This document shows positions 9,462 through 18,581 of a stretch of 64,000 bases of DNA, in pieces (the stretch's first letter is position 1; the number at the start of each line of letters is the position of its first letter). The position numbers and the translations under genes are program-made. The notes beneath the pieces are model-generated. The model did no database searches. It saw only the letters and a program-made list of their open reading frames with translations, and was not told where the DNA came from. This DNA comes from a virus: positions 104,428 through 168,427 of IMG/VR virus record IMGVR_UViG_3300013004_000026; one strand, given 5' to 3'.

Positions 9462-10565
9462 TTATTGCTGTGTTATAGTGAGTGAGCTGGTACTGCCTTT
9501 GTTGACATTTTGTATAATGGTCTGACCGTCTTGGTTCAAAGTAAATGTAGCATTTTTATTGGTATCAAAAGTAGCAGTGGCCGTGTGTACACCTGCTTTG
9601 TACAGTGTGACCTTGCTGGAATCTTCATTGAAATAATACAACAGTCCCAGTGACTTGTTGGCGGCATAGCCAGGCAACACTGGTATATCTAGTTCGTTGC
9701 TCAACAACGAAGCATTTTGTCTGTCTAGTTCATTCAATTCATTGTAGGCCAATAAATCTGCGTCTAAGTCATTTCTATCCAAGGCTGTTTTTTCATCTAG
9801 CGCATTGACATCTAATTTTGAAAATTTCAGTAGGTCAATATCTAATTCATTGAAATCCAACAGTCCTTTTTCTTTTCTGGCTATGCCTGCTTGCTCTGCG
9901 TCTGTTATTTCTTTTGGCTTGCTGATGATCAACATGTTGCTGATATTGGCTTGATCCAATCTTACCACCGTGGGCTCGGTAGGCGGTTGATAGGCACTGT
10001 TGACCATGGTGGCCTGATAAGGAACATCCAATAACACAACTCCTGCTAGATTTCTGACTTCTATCACACCTGTAACACAACCGCCTTTGGGATCACAACT
10101 GGGCAGCAGCATCACAAGGCTGCGCCCTAGTTCATCCACTGTCATGGAAAAATCAGTACCTCGTACGGCAATGGTAGCAGTGGGTGTTTTGATAGCTACC
10201 TGCTGGGGATTGTTTTTGGCTATCTGTCCCGAGGCATATCGTGCCGTACCCAAGGCCATGTTGATGGCCAACTTGCCTGATCCTTTCTTTGGATCATATA
10301 CAAAATCATCTATGATCATTTTTGAATGTTCAGTGAGCTTGACTGTGGTTTTGTCTTCAAAGGTAAGTTCGGCCCGAGACTTGGCTGTGGAAATGGCGTC
10401 GTTCATTTCAACACCAGTATTCACAGCCGAGGGAATACTTTTCTTGTTCCTCAGAATCTCTGTAGGACCAGTTTGTTCTGTTACTTTGCCAACTGCGGCA
10501 GCAGCTTCAATCGGACTGAGTAACAGTAACGTTGTTATTAGAACCGTTGCTGGTAATAACTGCAT
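9462..10565 (-). CDS. FecR-domain periplasmic protein
   Basis: Signal peptide; LTFEDKTTVKLTEHSKM, GTARYASG and IKTPTATIAVRGTDF FecR motifs; Leu/Asp-rich linker. Confidence 0.85.
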   Translation of the reverse strand: MQLLPATVLITTLLLLSPIEAAAAVGKVTEQTGPTEILRNKKSIPSAVNTGVEMNDAISTAKSRAELTFEDKTTVKLTEHSKMIIDDFVYDPKKGSGKLAINMALGTARYASGQIAKNNPQQVAIKTPTATIAVRGTDFSMTVDELGRSLVMLLPSCDPKGGCVTGVIEVRNLAGVVLLDVPYQATMVNSAYQPPTEPTVVRLDQANISNMLIISKPKEITDAEQAGIARKEKGLLDFNELDIDLLKFSKLDVNALDEKTALDRNDLDADLLAYNELNELDRQNASLLSNELDIPVLPGYAANKSLGLLYYFNEDSSKVTLYKAGVHTATATFDTNKNATFTLNQDGQTIIQNVNKGSTSSLTITQQ

Positions 10566-11178
10566 TTTTATTTGACACTCCACTCTGTACCAGTGTAACC
10601 GCATTTGGTGCACCGTTTGCTCCACTGCCCGATACCGTAATTTCTCCTGAATGCAACCCCACACCAGATGCAGTGTGTGTTACATTGTTGTAGTTGCCGG
10701 TTATGGCTATGGTGCTTCTTGTTGTTCCTCCGCTGAGTGTTTGTACAGTGTTGTTATTATTACCAACTATTTCAGATCTAATGGTGTTTGCATTGCAGTT
10801 GGAAGCCAATGCTGTACCGCAGCCTACAGTTTGATTATTGCCACTACCATCAGCAGATATAACCACAGTGGCTCCAGTGCCATTGGTTTCATTGTTTACC
10901 ACTACAGAAACAGTGTTACTGGCGCCTATTTGCGTGATAGTCACGCTGTTAAGATCGCCTTTGATCAGTGCAGGATCATCTGTGTTGCCTGATCCGTCAA
11001 CATTTCCATTCACAAGATTACCAGCTCCTGTTTGCGTGATTGATACTGTGGAATTATCTCCTATTTGCTCAATGTAGACATCATTGGCCCAACTGTTGGA
11101 TAGCATCAGCCCTGACGCTGATAGCATGACCAACAAACTTTTCCACAATCTACTTTTATTTTTTATTTTAGTTTTCAT
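10507..11178 (-). CDS. Curlin-repeat (CsgA/CsgB-like) secreted protein
   Basis: GGAG RBS; signal peptide; repeated N-x-V-x-I-x-Q-x-G-x-x-N units (NDVYIEQIGDN, NSVTITQIGASN, NNVTVTQ). Confidence 0.75.
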   Translation of the reverse strand: MKTKIKNKSRLWKSLLVMLSASGLMLSNSWANDVYIEQIGDNSTVSITQTGAGNLVNGNVDGSGNTDDPALIKGDLNSVTITQIGASNTVSVVVNNETNGTGATVVISADGSGNNQTVGCGTALASNCNANTIRSEIVGNNNNTVQTLSGGTTRSTIAITGNYNNVTHTASGVGLHSGEITVSGSGANGAPNAVTLVQSGVSNKNAVITSNGSNNNVTVTQSD

Positions 11179-11208
11179 TTTAGCTCCAGATGCTTGTGCA
11201 TCCATGTG

Positions 11209-11361
11209 TTACTTTCCCTTACTGCTCTGCTCCTTTGAAGGCGGTGCTCTCATCATTTTTGCTTCTTGCATGACTTTATCTCTCGCTGGGCTGCTCCGTT
11301 GCGGGGGCTGCGCTGGCATCTGACTGGGATGGCGCGACGGTTTGTGATTGAACCAACTCAT
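11209..11361 (-). CDS. 50-aa basic/Pro-rich peptide overlapping the csgG 3' end
   Basis: Strong AAGGAG RBS before ATG 11361 (MSWFNHKPSRH...). Confidence 0.5.
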   Translation of the reverse strand: MSWFNHKPSRHPSQMPAQPPQRSSPARDKVMQEAKMMRAPPSKEQSSKGK

Positions 11362-12175
11362 CTTTGTTCTCCTTAATTTGCGTTGTGCCACTGGCTGCAA
11401 GTTTTTTATATCTCCACAAGCCTTTCTTTTCGCCTGCTATGACCATGTCATGTACTGCTTGTTCTATGGCAACTCGCACAGCATAGGTAGTCGGTTCATT
11501 AAGAGCAGATCCATTTTCAAGCTCAAGGGCCTTGGTACCTGCGTCTACAAAACGCAACACACCCACATTGTGCTGAGTGCTATAGATAGTTTTGCTAACA
11601 GCATTGCTTATTAGAACTTCACCACTGTTAACACTGATCAATCTGAGACTGATAACGATTTCATCCACACGGTATTGTTGGCTTCCACCAATGCCTAAAA
11701 ATCTAGCACCGTTGCCGCCACTTCTTATGTTGCTGTCATACCCTATAATGCCACCTTCAATCAGCACTCCTGCCACAGTCATTGGTTTCAATGGCCTAGC
11801 ATCTTTTCCTTCATATACTTCTCGTTGATTGCGTATCAGCTGGCGCTCTTTGATCAGATTATCAAGCCCCACACGCTCTACCACTTTGAACCAGTTGTTG
11901 GCGTCTTGCAGTGATTTTATTAAAAACACTTCTGCGCCCTGAGTGACTGCTTTTGAAAACACAGCCAATCTGTCATTGGGTTTCATCTGCCCTGTTTTGT
12001 CCGCAAATCCATACACAGCTATGGTTATAGGTGGCCCATCCAAGTCAGGTAATTTTGTTACTAGATTTTCTTTTGGCAGTAGTGCAACAGGCTCTTCTTT
12101 GTTCAGGTCCATGTTTACATGAGCACATCCCGAGAGAGCTGTCGCAAGGATTGTGTATAGCAAGATGTGTTTCAT
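11276..12175 (-). CDS. csgG: Curli secretion channel lipoprotein CsgG
   Basis: Lipobox LSGC; IAVYGFADKTGQ, AVTQGA, WFKVVERVGLDNLIKERQLIR, GARFLGIG, NEP motifs. Confidence 0.93.
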   Translation of the reverse strand: MKHILLYTILATALSGCAHVNMDLNKEEPVALLPKENLVTKLPDLDGPPITIAVYGFADKTGQMKPNDRLAVFSKAVTQGAEVFLIKSLQDANNWFKVVERVGLDNLIKERQLIRNQREVYEGKDARPLKPMTVAGVLIEGGIIGYDSNIRSGGNGARFLGIGGSQQYRVDEIVISLRLISVNSGEVLISNAVSKTIYSTQHNVGVLRFVDAGTKALELENGSALNEPTTYAVRVAIEQAVHDMVIAGEKKGLWRYKKLAASGTTQIKENKDELVQSQTVAPSQSDASAAPATEQPSER

Positions 12176-12621
12176 TAAAATGCAAAGCTCGCTATTGGGA
12201 CAATTATTTCTGTTCTGCCACCTGTAGCTTCAATTATGGTCAAAGTTACATCGGTGCCAGTTTTAACCCAACTGATATTTGTACCTTGAAAGTCCATGCT
12301 ACCGCTGTTGCCGCCACCTTCAGCAAACATTTGATCAGCCAGCTGTTTGGATAATTGGGCGTAGATACGGGCTTCTACATTTACAAGAAATTTTGCAAGA
12401 TTTGTTTGTTTTGCGGCTGCTTCTGCTTTGGCCAATGCTGCGGCTGCTTCTGCTTTGATTTCTTTGGCTTTGTTTTCTTCCATCTGGAAGATGGAAAGTA
12501 CATGTTGGCTGTAGCCGTTGCCCGGTATAAACGCAGGGCTTTGAAATTGATGCACCAGCTCGGTTGGACGAGCAACCGCTGATACAGTGACTAGCGCCAC
12601 CACCAGCAGTAACCTTTTCAT
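12175..12621 (-). CDS. csgF: Curli assembly protein CsgF
   Basis: Signal peptide followed by ELVHQFQSPAFIPGNG; coupled to csgG; AAAGGAG RBS. Confidence 0.85.
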   Translation of the reverse strand: MKRLLLVVALVTVSAVARPTELVHQFQSPAFIPGNGYSQHVLSIFQMEENKAKEIKAEAAAALAKAEAAAKQTNLAKFLVNVEARIYAQLSKQLADQMFAEGGGNSGSMDFQGTNISWVKTGTDVTLTIIEATGGRTEIIVPIASFAF

Positions 12622-12730
12622 CTTCCCAGCTCCTTTTGATAATTCCGCAGGGCTTGTTGATGATTTTAATTGATAGAAACGCCCTTGTTATGTAAGTATT
12701 TACAACATCAAGAGCATCAATTCACTGGTG

Positions 12731-13072
12731 CTATTTTGGTAAATTGGGCAGTATAAGTTTGGTTGACCCAGTGCTGATTATACGGTGCAGGATTTCACTG
12801 TAAAAACTGTCTAATTCGCCACTAAATTTTCCAATCAAACTTTTACTTAATTCTGTGGCCCTTGCACAATCGTTATTTTTTACAGCCTGTATCAACTGCT
12901 CGTGTAGTGCTACATTAGATTCAAGTGATGCCATTTCCATTACAATTTGCTCCACTGGCAACACACAAAAGGCAGGAACAAGGCCGTCAGGATGCGGCAT
13001 ACTGTCTAGCTCTAGCAAGGTATATCTTTTGCGTAATTCGTCGGCAACTGCTTGTGTAAGAACAATATGCAT
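12731..13072 (-). CDS. Hypothetical protein
   Basis: 113-aa ORF in operon; C-terminus (LIGKFSGELDSFY) resembles the cyclase C-terminal tail (LTGEFDGQMDHYY). Confidence 0.6.
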   Translation of the reverse strand: MHIVLTQAVADELRKRYTLLELDSMPHPDGLVPAFCVLPVEQIVMEMASLESNVALHEQLIQAVKNNDCARATELSKSLIGKFSGELDSFYSEILHRIISTGSTKLILPNLPK

Positions 13073-13073
13073 G

Positions 13074-13313
13074 TTACCACCGTTGACTTTGTTCTCTAAA
13101 CGCTTCTAGTCTAGCTGCTTTATTACTTTCTGTTGCGGAACTCTGATTGCCGGTGTTTGCTAGCATGGCTGTTTGTACCACAGTTTGTTCAATGCTGTGT
13201 ACTGTGTTCTTTAGTTCTTCTACATCGTCAAGTATAAACTTGATTCTGGTATCCATGGCTTTGACAATACTAATCAGTTCGTCAACTTTGCTATCAGTTT
13301 CTTTTTCGTACAT
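13074..13313 (-). CDS. Hypothetical coiled-coil protein
   Basis: 79-aa ORF with TAATG coupling. Confidence 0.6.
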   Translation of the reverse strand: MYEKETDSKVDELISIVKAMDTRIKFILDDVEELKNTVHSIEQTVVQTAMLANTGNQSSATESNKAARLEAFREQSQRW

Positions 13314-13864
13314 TAGGCATGGGCCCTTTCTTTAGGGTTAACAACTTTTGCTTTTTTATATATTTCTTGAACACCAATAGCTTGATAATAACAATCCATA
13401 AGAGCATTGTGTGCTGCTCTGCGCGATTTATCTCTTGGGTCGCCGTGTACACCAAACAATGTACGACTGTCACGAATTTGCCAGAATTGCCATGGTGTGG
13501 GCTTGCCCAGCTGGCGATACAAGTTTTCTAAAATAACAATATCAAACGCAGGCCCTTGACACCAAATACTGTCAACTCCTACTAGAAATCTGTTCAGACT
13601 GGAGGACAATGTTTCTAGACTCACTCTGTTTGATTCGCCCATGGCTTCTTCAAAAACTTCAGATTCTTGTTTTCCCCACCAGTCAACAGTTTCTTGTTGT
13701 ACATGACGGCCCAGGCTCAGTTGTTCGTCGACATCAATGCGCAGATATAAACCTGCTTCTGCATCAACATCCTCCTCCCAGGGATTGAATTTCACAGCGC
13801 CAATGGTTAAGATCACGCTTTCTGGGCGTGTGCTCAGAGTTTCTAAATCAAGCATCACATCCAT
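13313..13864 (-). CDS. DEDDh 3'-5' exonuclease (Rv2179c/DUF5051-like)
   Basis: MLDLETL, FD, RDSRT and HNALMD motifs. Confidence 0.85.
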   Translation of the reverse strand: MDVMLDLETLSTRPESVILTIGAVKFNPWEEDVDAEAGLYLRIDVDEQLSLGRHVQQETVDWWGKQESEVFEEAMGESNRVSLETLSSSLNRFLVGVDSIWCQGPAFDIVILENLYRQLGKPTPWQFWQIRDSRTLFGVHGDPRDKSRRAAHNALMDCYYQAIGVQEIYKKAKVVNPKERAHA

Positions 13865-14193
13865 TAGCCGTCTACCTCAAGTTTGATTTGCAAGGGAAAT
13901 CCGTTGTTTCTTGCCAGCAGTGTGGTTTCTATACCTTTTTGCTCGGCCAATTCAAAAGGATACACTGCTACAACACCACTGCCTTCTTCATGGATTTGAA
14001 CAGTTTTGGCTTCGGCAGCTTCGGGTCCGTATTTGAATATATTTTTCAAGCATTCAACAATAAATTCCATGGTAGTAATTTCATCATTGACAAAAATTAC
14101 TTTGAATAGTTTTGGCTCTTGAACATTCAACTTTGGATCATGTTTCAAAGCATTTTCTTGTCTGGGCTTGATAGCAGTGTCGGTTGGCATCAT
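13864..14193 (-). CDS. clpS: Clp protease adaptor ClpS
   Basis: FKVIFVNDEITTMEFIV, IHEEGSGVV, AEQK, GFPL motifs. Confidence 0.92.
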   Translation of the reverse strand: MMPTDTAIKPRQENALKHDPKLNVQEPKLFKVIFVNDEITTMEFIVECLKNIFKYGPEAAEAKTVQIHEEGSGVVAVYPFELAEQKGIETTLLARNNGFPLQIKLEVDG

Positions 14194-14207
14194 TTTCTTT
14201 CCAAAAG

Positions 14208-14235
14208 TAAAAGGCTACGAGTTGCCTCGTAGCCT
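14208..14235 (-). terminator. Rho-independent terminator after the Hsp20 gene
   Basis: AGGCTACGAG-GCAA-CTCGTAGCCT hairpin plus T-rich tail. Confidence 0.7.
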
Positions 14236-14243
14236 ACATTATA

Positions 14244-14696
14244 TTACTTAGAGAAAGTAATTGCAACCTTCTTGGGTTTTTGTGTTTCCGGAACTTTGTG
14301 TTCCAGAGTCACAGTGAGAATGCCATTGGCCACACCAGCACCTATCACTTCCACACTTTCATTTAGTGGAAACACTCGTTCAAAGTTACGAGTGGCCAGG
14401 CCGCGATGTAGATATTGCCAGGTTTCTTCACTGTCGCGCTTGCGTTCACCCCGAATGGTCAGCACACTCTGTCCATAAGTATTTGTCACAGTTTCAATGT
14501 CTAATTCATTTTCCAAAAAGCCAGCCACTGCCATTTCGATAATGTATCTATTATCACCTGTGCGAATGATATTGTGCGGTGGGTAGTTTTCTTGTTTGCT
14601 CACTTGGAAAGAGCGTTGAATCTCTTCAAACAGTTGGTCAAAACCAACAAAACTGCGATGTAGGGTGGGTAGATCTAGAGTTACATAAGTGGTCAT
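14244..14696 (-). CDS. Small heat shock protein (Hsp20/IbpA family)
   Basis: VGFDQLF, YPPHNI, EMAVAGF, YLHRGLATRNFER, NGIL motifs; AAGGAG RBS. Confidence 0.93.
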   Translation of the reverse strand: MTTYVTLDLPTLHRSFVGFDQLFEEIQRSFQVSKQENYPPHNIIRTGDNRYIIEMAVAGFLENELDIETVTNTYGQSVLTIRGERKRDSEETWQYLHRGLATRNFERVFPLNESVEVIGAGVANGILTVTLEHKVPETQKPKKVAITFSK

Positions 14697-14754
14697 TTTA
14701 TTTTCTCCTTTAAGCAAAATATGACTTGTAAGACCCCGTAGGCATCTTACATTT

Positions 14755-14785
14755 TATTTATACTACATAAAACTGCATAAGTCAA
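14755..14785 (-). promoter_or_regulatory. Composite sigma70 and late-type promoter of the Hsp20 gene
   Basis: TTGACT-N17-TATAAA, whose -10 is part of a perfect T4-late TATAAATA. Confidence 0.65.
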
Positions 14786-14796
14786 GTATTTTGATA

Positions 14797-15033
14797 CTAA
14801 TAACTTTTTGGAGGCAAAGCATCGCTGGCTAATTTTTTGAGCCAGCGTCTACGAGCTGCACTTTTGGCTTTTTTCCTGGCCGTAGTAGGTTTTTCATAAA
14901 ATTCACGCTCGCGCAGTTCTTGCAGTAACCCGCTTTCGGTAACTTTCTTTTTGAATTTGCGCAGTGCTTTTTCCACTTGGTCGTTGACCACTTCTACTCG
15001 TAAACCAGACAATTGGTTAGACTTAAATCTCAT
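14797..15033 (-). CDS. rpsU: Ribosomal protein bS21
   Basis: EKALRKFKKKV..GLLQELREREFYEKPT..RK signature; AGGAG RBS. Confidence 0.92.
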   Translation of the reverse strand: MRFKSNQLSGLRVEVVNDQVEKALRKFKKKVTESGLLQELREREFYEKPTTARKKAKSAARRRWLKKLASDALPPKSY

Positions 15034-15040
15034 AATTCTC

Positions 15041-16231
15041 CTATTGAGCAACAGTATTAATTATCATCGATTCATCAATGATTAAATCTTTAATGCCTTC
15101 TTTTTTCAGCTGAGTCATATTGAACAGCAAAGGCATCATGGTTGTTTCTAAAACAGCTTTGAGTCCTCGAGCACCTATACCCATGGCATGAGCCTGTTGA
15201 GCAATAGCAAGTACTGCACTGTCATCAAACTGTAATTCAATTCCGTCTGTTTGAAAAAAGAACTGCATCTGTGCCAGTAGACTATTTTTTGGTTCTAATA
15301 ACACTCGCATTAGATCTTCTAAATTCAAACTATGCAATGGTACCGTGACTGGAAACCTTCCAACAAATTCTGGAATCATGCCATAGCGCATGAAATCTTC
15401 AGCTGTGGCGCTGTCTGTGTGATTGGTTGTTTGCAAGTTAGTAAACCCAATGCTGCTGCCGCGTAATCGTTTGGCAATAATACCATCAAGCCCGTCAAAG
15501 GCTCCGCCGGCCACAAACAATATATTACTTGTATCAATTTCAACTGTTTCCAAAGCTGGATGCTTTTTATTTCCATTCATTGCAACACGACATTTTGTTC
15601 CTTCAACCATTTTAAGCAATGCCTGTTGTACACCTTCGCCCGACACATCTCTATGAAGACTAGCACTTTCACTCTTACGGCCAATTTTATCAATTTCATC
15701 AATAAACACAATGCCCTGCTCGCAGCGTTCTACATCATTGTCTGCTTCAGATAGCAAACGGCCAACCAAGGTTTCCACATCCTCGCCAACATAGCCGGCT
15801 TGTGTGAGGCTGGTAGCATCTGCAATTACAAATGGCACATTCAAATATCGTGCAATTGTTTTGGCCAACAGAGTTTTGCCAGACCCAGTAGGACCATAAA
15901 ATAACAGGTTACTTTTTTCAATTTCAATTTTAGGTTTGAAAAACACTCGTTTGTAGTGATTGACCACAGTAACGCACATGGCTATTTTGGCGGCGTCCTG
16001 CCCCACAATGTAGGTATCTAGAAATCGTTTGATTTTTACAGGATCAAGAGCTCGGCTGATTTTTTTATCAGACTTGATATTTTCAATGCGTTCTTTGTCA
16101 AGAATGTTGGCACACAGTTCAATGCATTCATTGCAAATTGCAGCTTCATTGGCCACAATCAGTTTGTCAACTTCACTGCGAGCCTTGCCGCAAAAATCGC
16201 AGCTCATGTGCTGCACTTGATTTTCAGCCAT
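15041..16231 (-). CDS. clpX: ATP-dependent Clp protease ATPase ClpX
   Basis: C4 zinc-binding domain, GPTGSGKT, AGYVGEDVE, IDEIDK, RDVSGEGVQQALLK, IGF loop, GARGL. Confidence 0.95.
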   Translation of the reverse strand: MAENQVQHMSCDFCGKARSEVDKLIVANEAAICNECIELCANILDKERIENIKSDKKISRALDPVKIKRFLDTYIVGQDAAKIAMCVTVVNHYKRVFFKPKIEIEKSNLLFYGPTGSGKTLLAKTIARYLNVPFVIADATSLTQAGYVGEDVETLVGRLLSEADNDVERCEQGIVFIDEIDKIGRKSESASLHRDVSGEGVQQALLKMVEGTKCRVAMNGNKKHPALETVEIDTSNILFVAGGAFDGLDGIIAKRLRGSSIGFTNLQTTNHTDSATAEDFMRYGMIPEFVGRFPVTVPLHSLNLEDLMRVLLEPKNSLLAQMQFFFQTDGIELQFDDSAVLAIAQQAHAMGIGARGLKAVLETTMMPLLFNMTQLKKEGIKDLIIDESMIINTVAQ

Positions 16232-16586
16232 AATTTTTGATAAAGAAGTCCATGGGTGACTCTATCTTTTGCTTGTTTGCCAAGAAAGACTTGTTTCCGT
16301 AGTAGTACACATTTGGTGCTTTGAGCAACTGTTTCTTTATGTGATCCACTGCGCTGTTTGCTGTGTTTAGAATAATTGTGTCAACACTGTTAATGGCCTG
16401 TACTAGCCAGATTTCATCCAACATGATGTCACTGTAGATGTAAACATTGAGATTCAAGGGTGCAGTTTTGCACCACAGAGCAAGGGTATCAATGTCATTC
16501 CAGTCTGCATCAATGATAAGCACTGACGGAAAGTCATCATCAACAAAGTCTGGTGGAGTTACAAAATTACTATAATGTTGTGTCAT
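16224..16586 (-). CDS. Hypothetical protein
   Basis: ORF overlapping both neighbours in the operon. Confidence 0.6.
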   Translation of the reverse strand: MTQHYSNFVTPPDFVDDDFPSVLIIDADWNDIDTLALWCKTAPLNLNVYIYSDIMLDEIWLVQAINSVDTIILNTANSAVDHIKKQLLKAPNVYYYGNKSFLANKQKIESPMDFFIKNYG

Positions 16587-18510
16587 TGCGTTTGAGATGT
16601 TGTTCAATTTCATCTTTTTCAGTTTGACTTAGATCATCCACATCAGTTTCACCTTTGCGAATGCTGTCAATCAAATGTTCGATATACGCTTGGTTGTAGG
16701 CCAATCTGTCATTGCCAGTTTTATCAATTTCAATCCACTTGCTGTTGTTCCATTTGAACAGTCTGCTTGGCAAATAATCTACTCGTAGAAAAATGTCACC
16801 TTTTTGCGGACTGGCAGGAAATTCAATTCCAAAATCTGCGTTCTCGTTGTGATCTGTGACTGGTGCTGTGTACTTGCTAAAATAGCGTTGTTCGTAACCT
16901 AGTTTTGGATCATAGTTTGTTTCTTCGCCTGCTATGATTTGTTCTGGAGCAGGTGGCTCTGGGTCGGGCATTTGAACAACTATTTCTTCAGCCACTTCTT
17001 CCACCAGTACTGGAGGAGGCAGAGGAATCTGTGTCAATGCTGCATTTAATTTTTCGTTGCGTTCTTGTGCCAGTGCCACTGCTGCCTGCAAATCAGATTG
17101 CAAACTTTCAATGTATTGTTTTAACTGTGCCACTTCGGTGTCACTGTTGGTAAGCTGTATGCGCAGTTTGGCCGCTGTGTTATTGGCAGTGATTAGATCT
17201 TGTGCAAGTTGTGTTTTATCAGCAGTCAAGTCTTGATTGGTTGCTGTGGTAGCGTTTATGGCAATCTGCAGGTCGCTCTTGACCTGTTCGGCCTGTGCCA
17301 ATTGAGCTTCAAGTTCTGCTCGGCGCTGTTCAGTTTCAGTGACTCTGGCCTCTACTTGCAAAAACTCTTGAGCAAGATTATCTAAAAATTCCTGTTGCTC
17401 GCGCACTTTGACTGCCAACTGTTCTTCAGATTCTGACACTGTTTTGGCTTGTTCTACCATGGCATCGACATCTATTGCAGAATCAATCTCAGCCAGTTTT
17501 TCATTGGCTTCTTGAGTCAGGCGTTCAGCTTCTTCTGCGTCCAGGGCCTTGGCAATCATCCGGCCGCGCCAGAAAAAGCGTTCAACTTCTTCAAGTTCTT
17601 TCTTCTCGCGTTCTTCCTCTGAAAGAGGATGTTCTTGTTCGGTTATTTCTGCTGGCTCTGGTGCCTGTACAGGACTTTTTTCTTTTGGTTCAAACACCGT
17701 GCGTTCAATTGGGCCTGGCCGGTCTTCTTCATCATGTATCCAACCGCCGCGACCTTGCCTAGCCCATTCCAGTTGTTTGTTGCCTGCGAGAATGAGTGTG
17801 AGAGCCAACGGATCAAACACAATAACAATCAAGATGATCACCCAGCGCACTGCGGCTTCCAGCATGTTCTGGCTGGCAGCATCTCCGTAGATCAGGGCCG
17901 CAATGTATTTGATAGGCCCAACTTCTGCCTCCACTTTTCGGAATTCAGCTCGCAGTGGCGCGGCCTCTTGGCTAAGGGCAGTAATAGTTTTCTGTTCGGC
18001 CTGGATCTCAGACTGAAGTCTGACTCGTTCTTTCTGCTGTGAGCGACGGATTTGCACAGCCTTATCGGCACCTTTTTCATCACTGCTTCGGCCCATGACC
18101 TGGTCCACAGCTTCATCCATCTGTTTAAGAGCTTTACGATTGGCCTCAATATTGTCTTTGGAGATTTGAATTTTTTCATCATATATGGCAACCCGAGCCA
18201 TGGCGTCACCTGACACTAGACTTTGGTCACCGTGTGCTTTGGAGAGGAATCCAAAGATGCCCATGCTTGTGAGTAGCATGAGGAATATGATAGCAGGAAT
18301 GAGATACAGCTTGAATGCCATGCCGACCCGCTGCCAGTTGTTGTGCAACCAAACAGTTGCTACAATTTTACCTGCTTCTAGTGCACCGCCCATGATCATG
18401 ACGGGAACAACTGCGGCTGCAAAAATGGCTGTGAGACCTACCACTGAATAGTAGGCAGCAATGGCTGAGATTAGTACAGCCACTATGAGAATTAGGTATC
18501 CAAAGATCAT
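16570..18510 (-). CDS. Multi-TM membrane protein with long coiled coil (DUF4407-like)
   Basis: Three N-terminal TM helices, a further TM helix (IVIVFDPLA), long heptads, C-terminal FP..P.KGD.FLRVDYLP domain. Confidence 0.7.
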   Translation of the reverse strand: MIFGYLILIVAVLISAIAAYYSVVGLTAIFAAAVVPVMIMGGALEAGKIVATVWLHNNWQRVGMAFKLYLIPAIIFLMLLTSMGIFGFLSKAHGDQSLVSGDAMARVAIYDEKIQISKDNIEANRKALKQMDEAVDQVMGRSSDEKGADKAVQIRRSQQKERVRLQSEIQAEQKTITALSQEAAPLRAEFRKVEAEVGPIKYIAALIYGDAASQNMLEAAVRWVIILIVIVFDPLALTLILAGNKQLEWARQGRGGWIHDEEDRPGPIERTVFEPKEKSPVQAPEPAEITEQEHPLSEEEREKKELEEVERFFWRGRMIAKALDAEEAERLTQEANEKLAEIDSAIDVDAMVEQAKTVSESEEQLAVKVREQQEFLDNLAQEFLQVEARVTETEQRRAELEAQLAQAEQVKSDLQIAINATTATNQDLTADKTQLAQDLITANNTAAKLRIQLTNSDTEVAQLKQYIESLQSDLQAAVALAQERNEKLNAALTQIPLPPPVLVEEVAEEIVVQMPDPEPPAPEQIIAGEETNYDPKLGYEQRYFSKYTAPVTDHNENADFGIEFPASPQKGDIFLRVDYLPSRLFKWNNSKWIEIDKTGNDRLAYNQAYIEHLIDSIRKGETDVDDLSQTEKDEIEQHLKRNDTTL

Positions 18511-18581
18511 ATGATATTTACCAAGGGTTTGGCACTATATTACACGATTTATCAGGCTAGTGCAACTCAAACGGTAAATTA

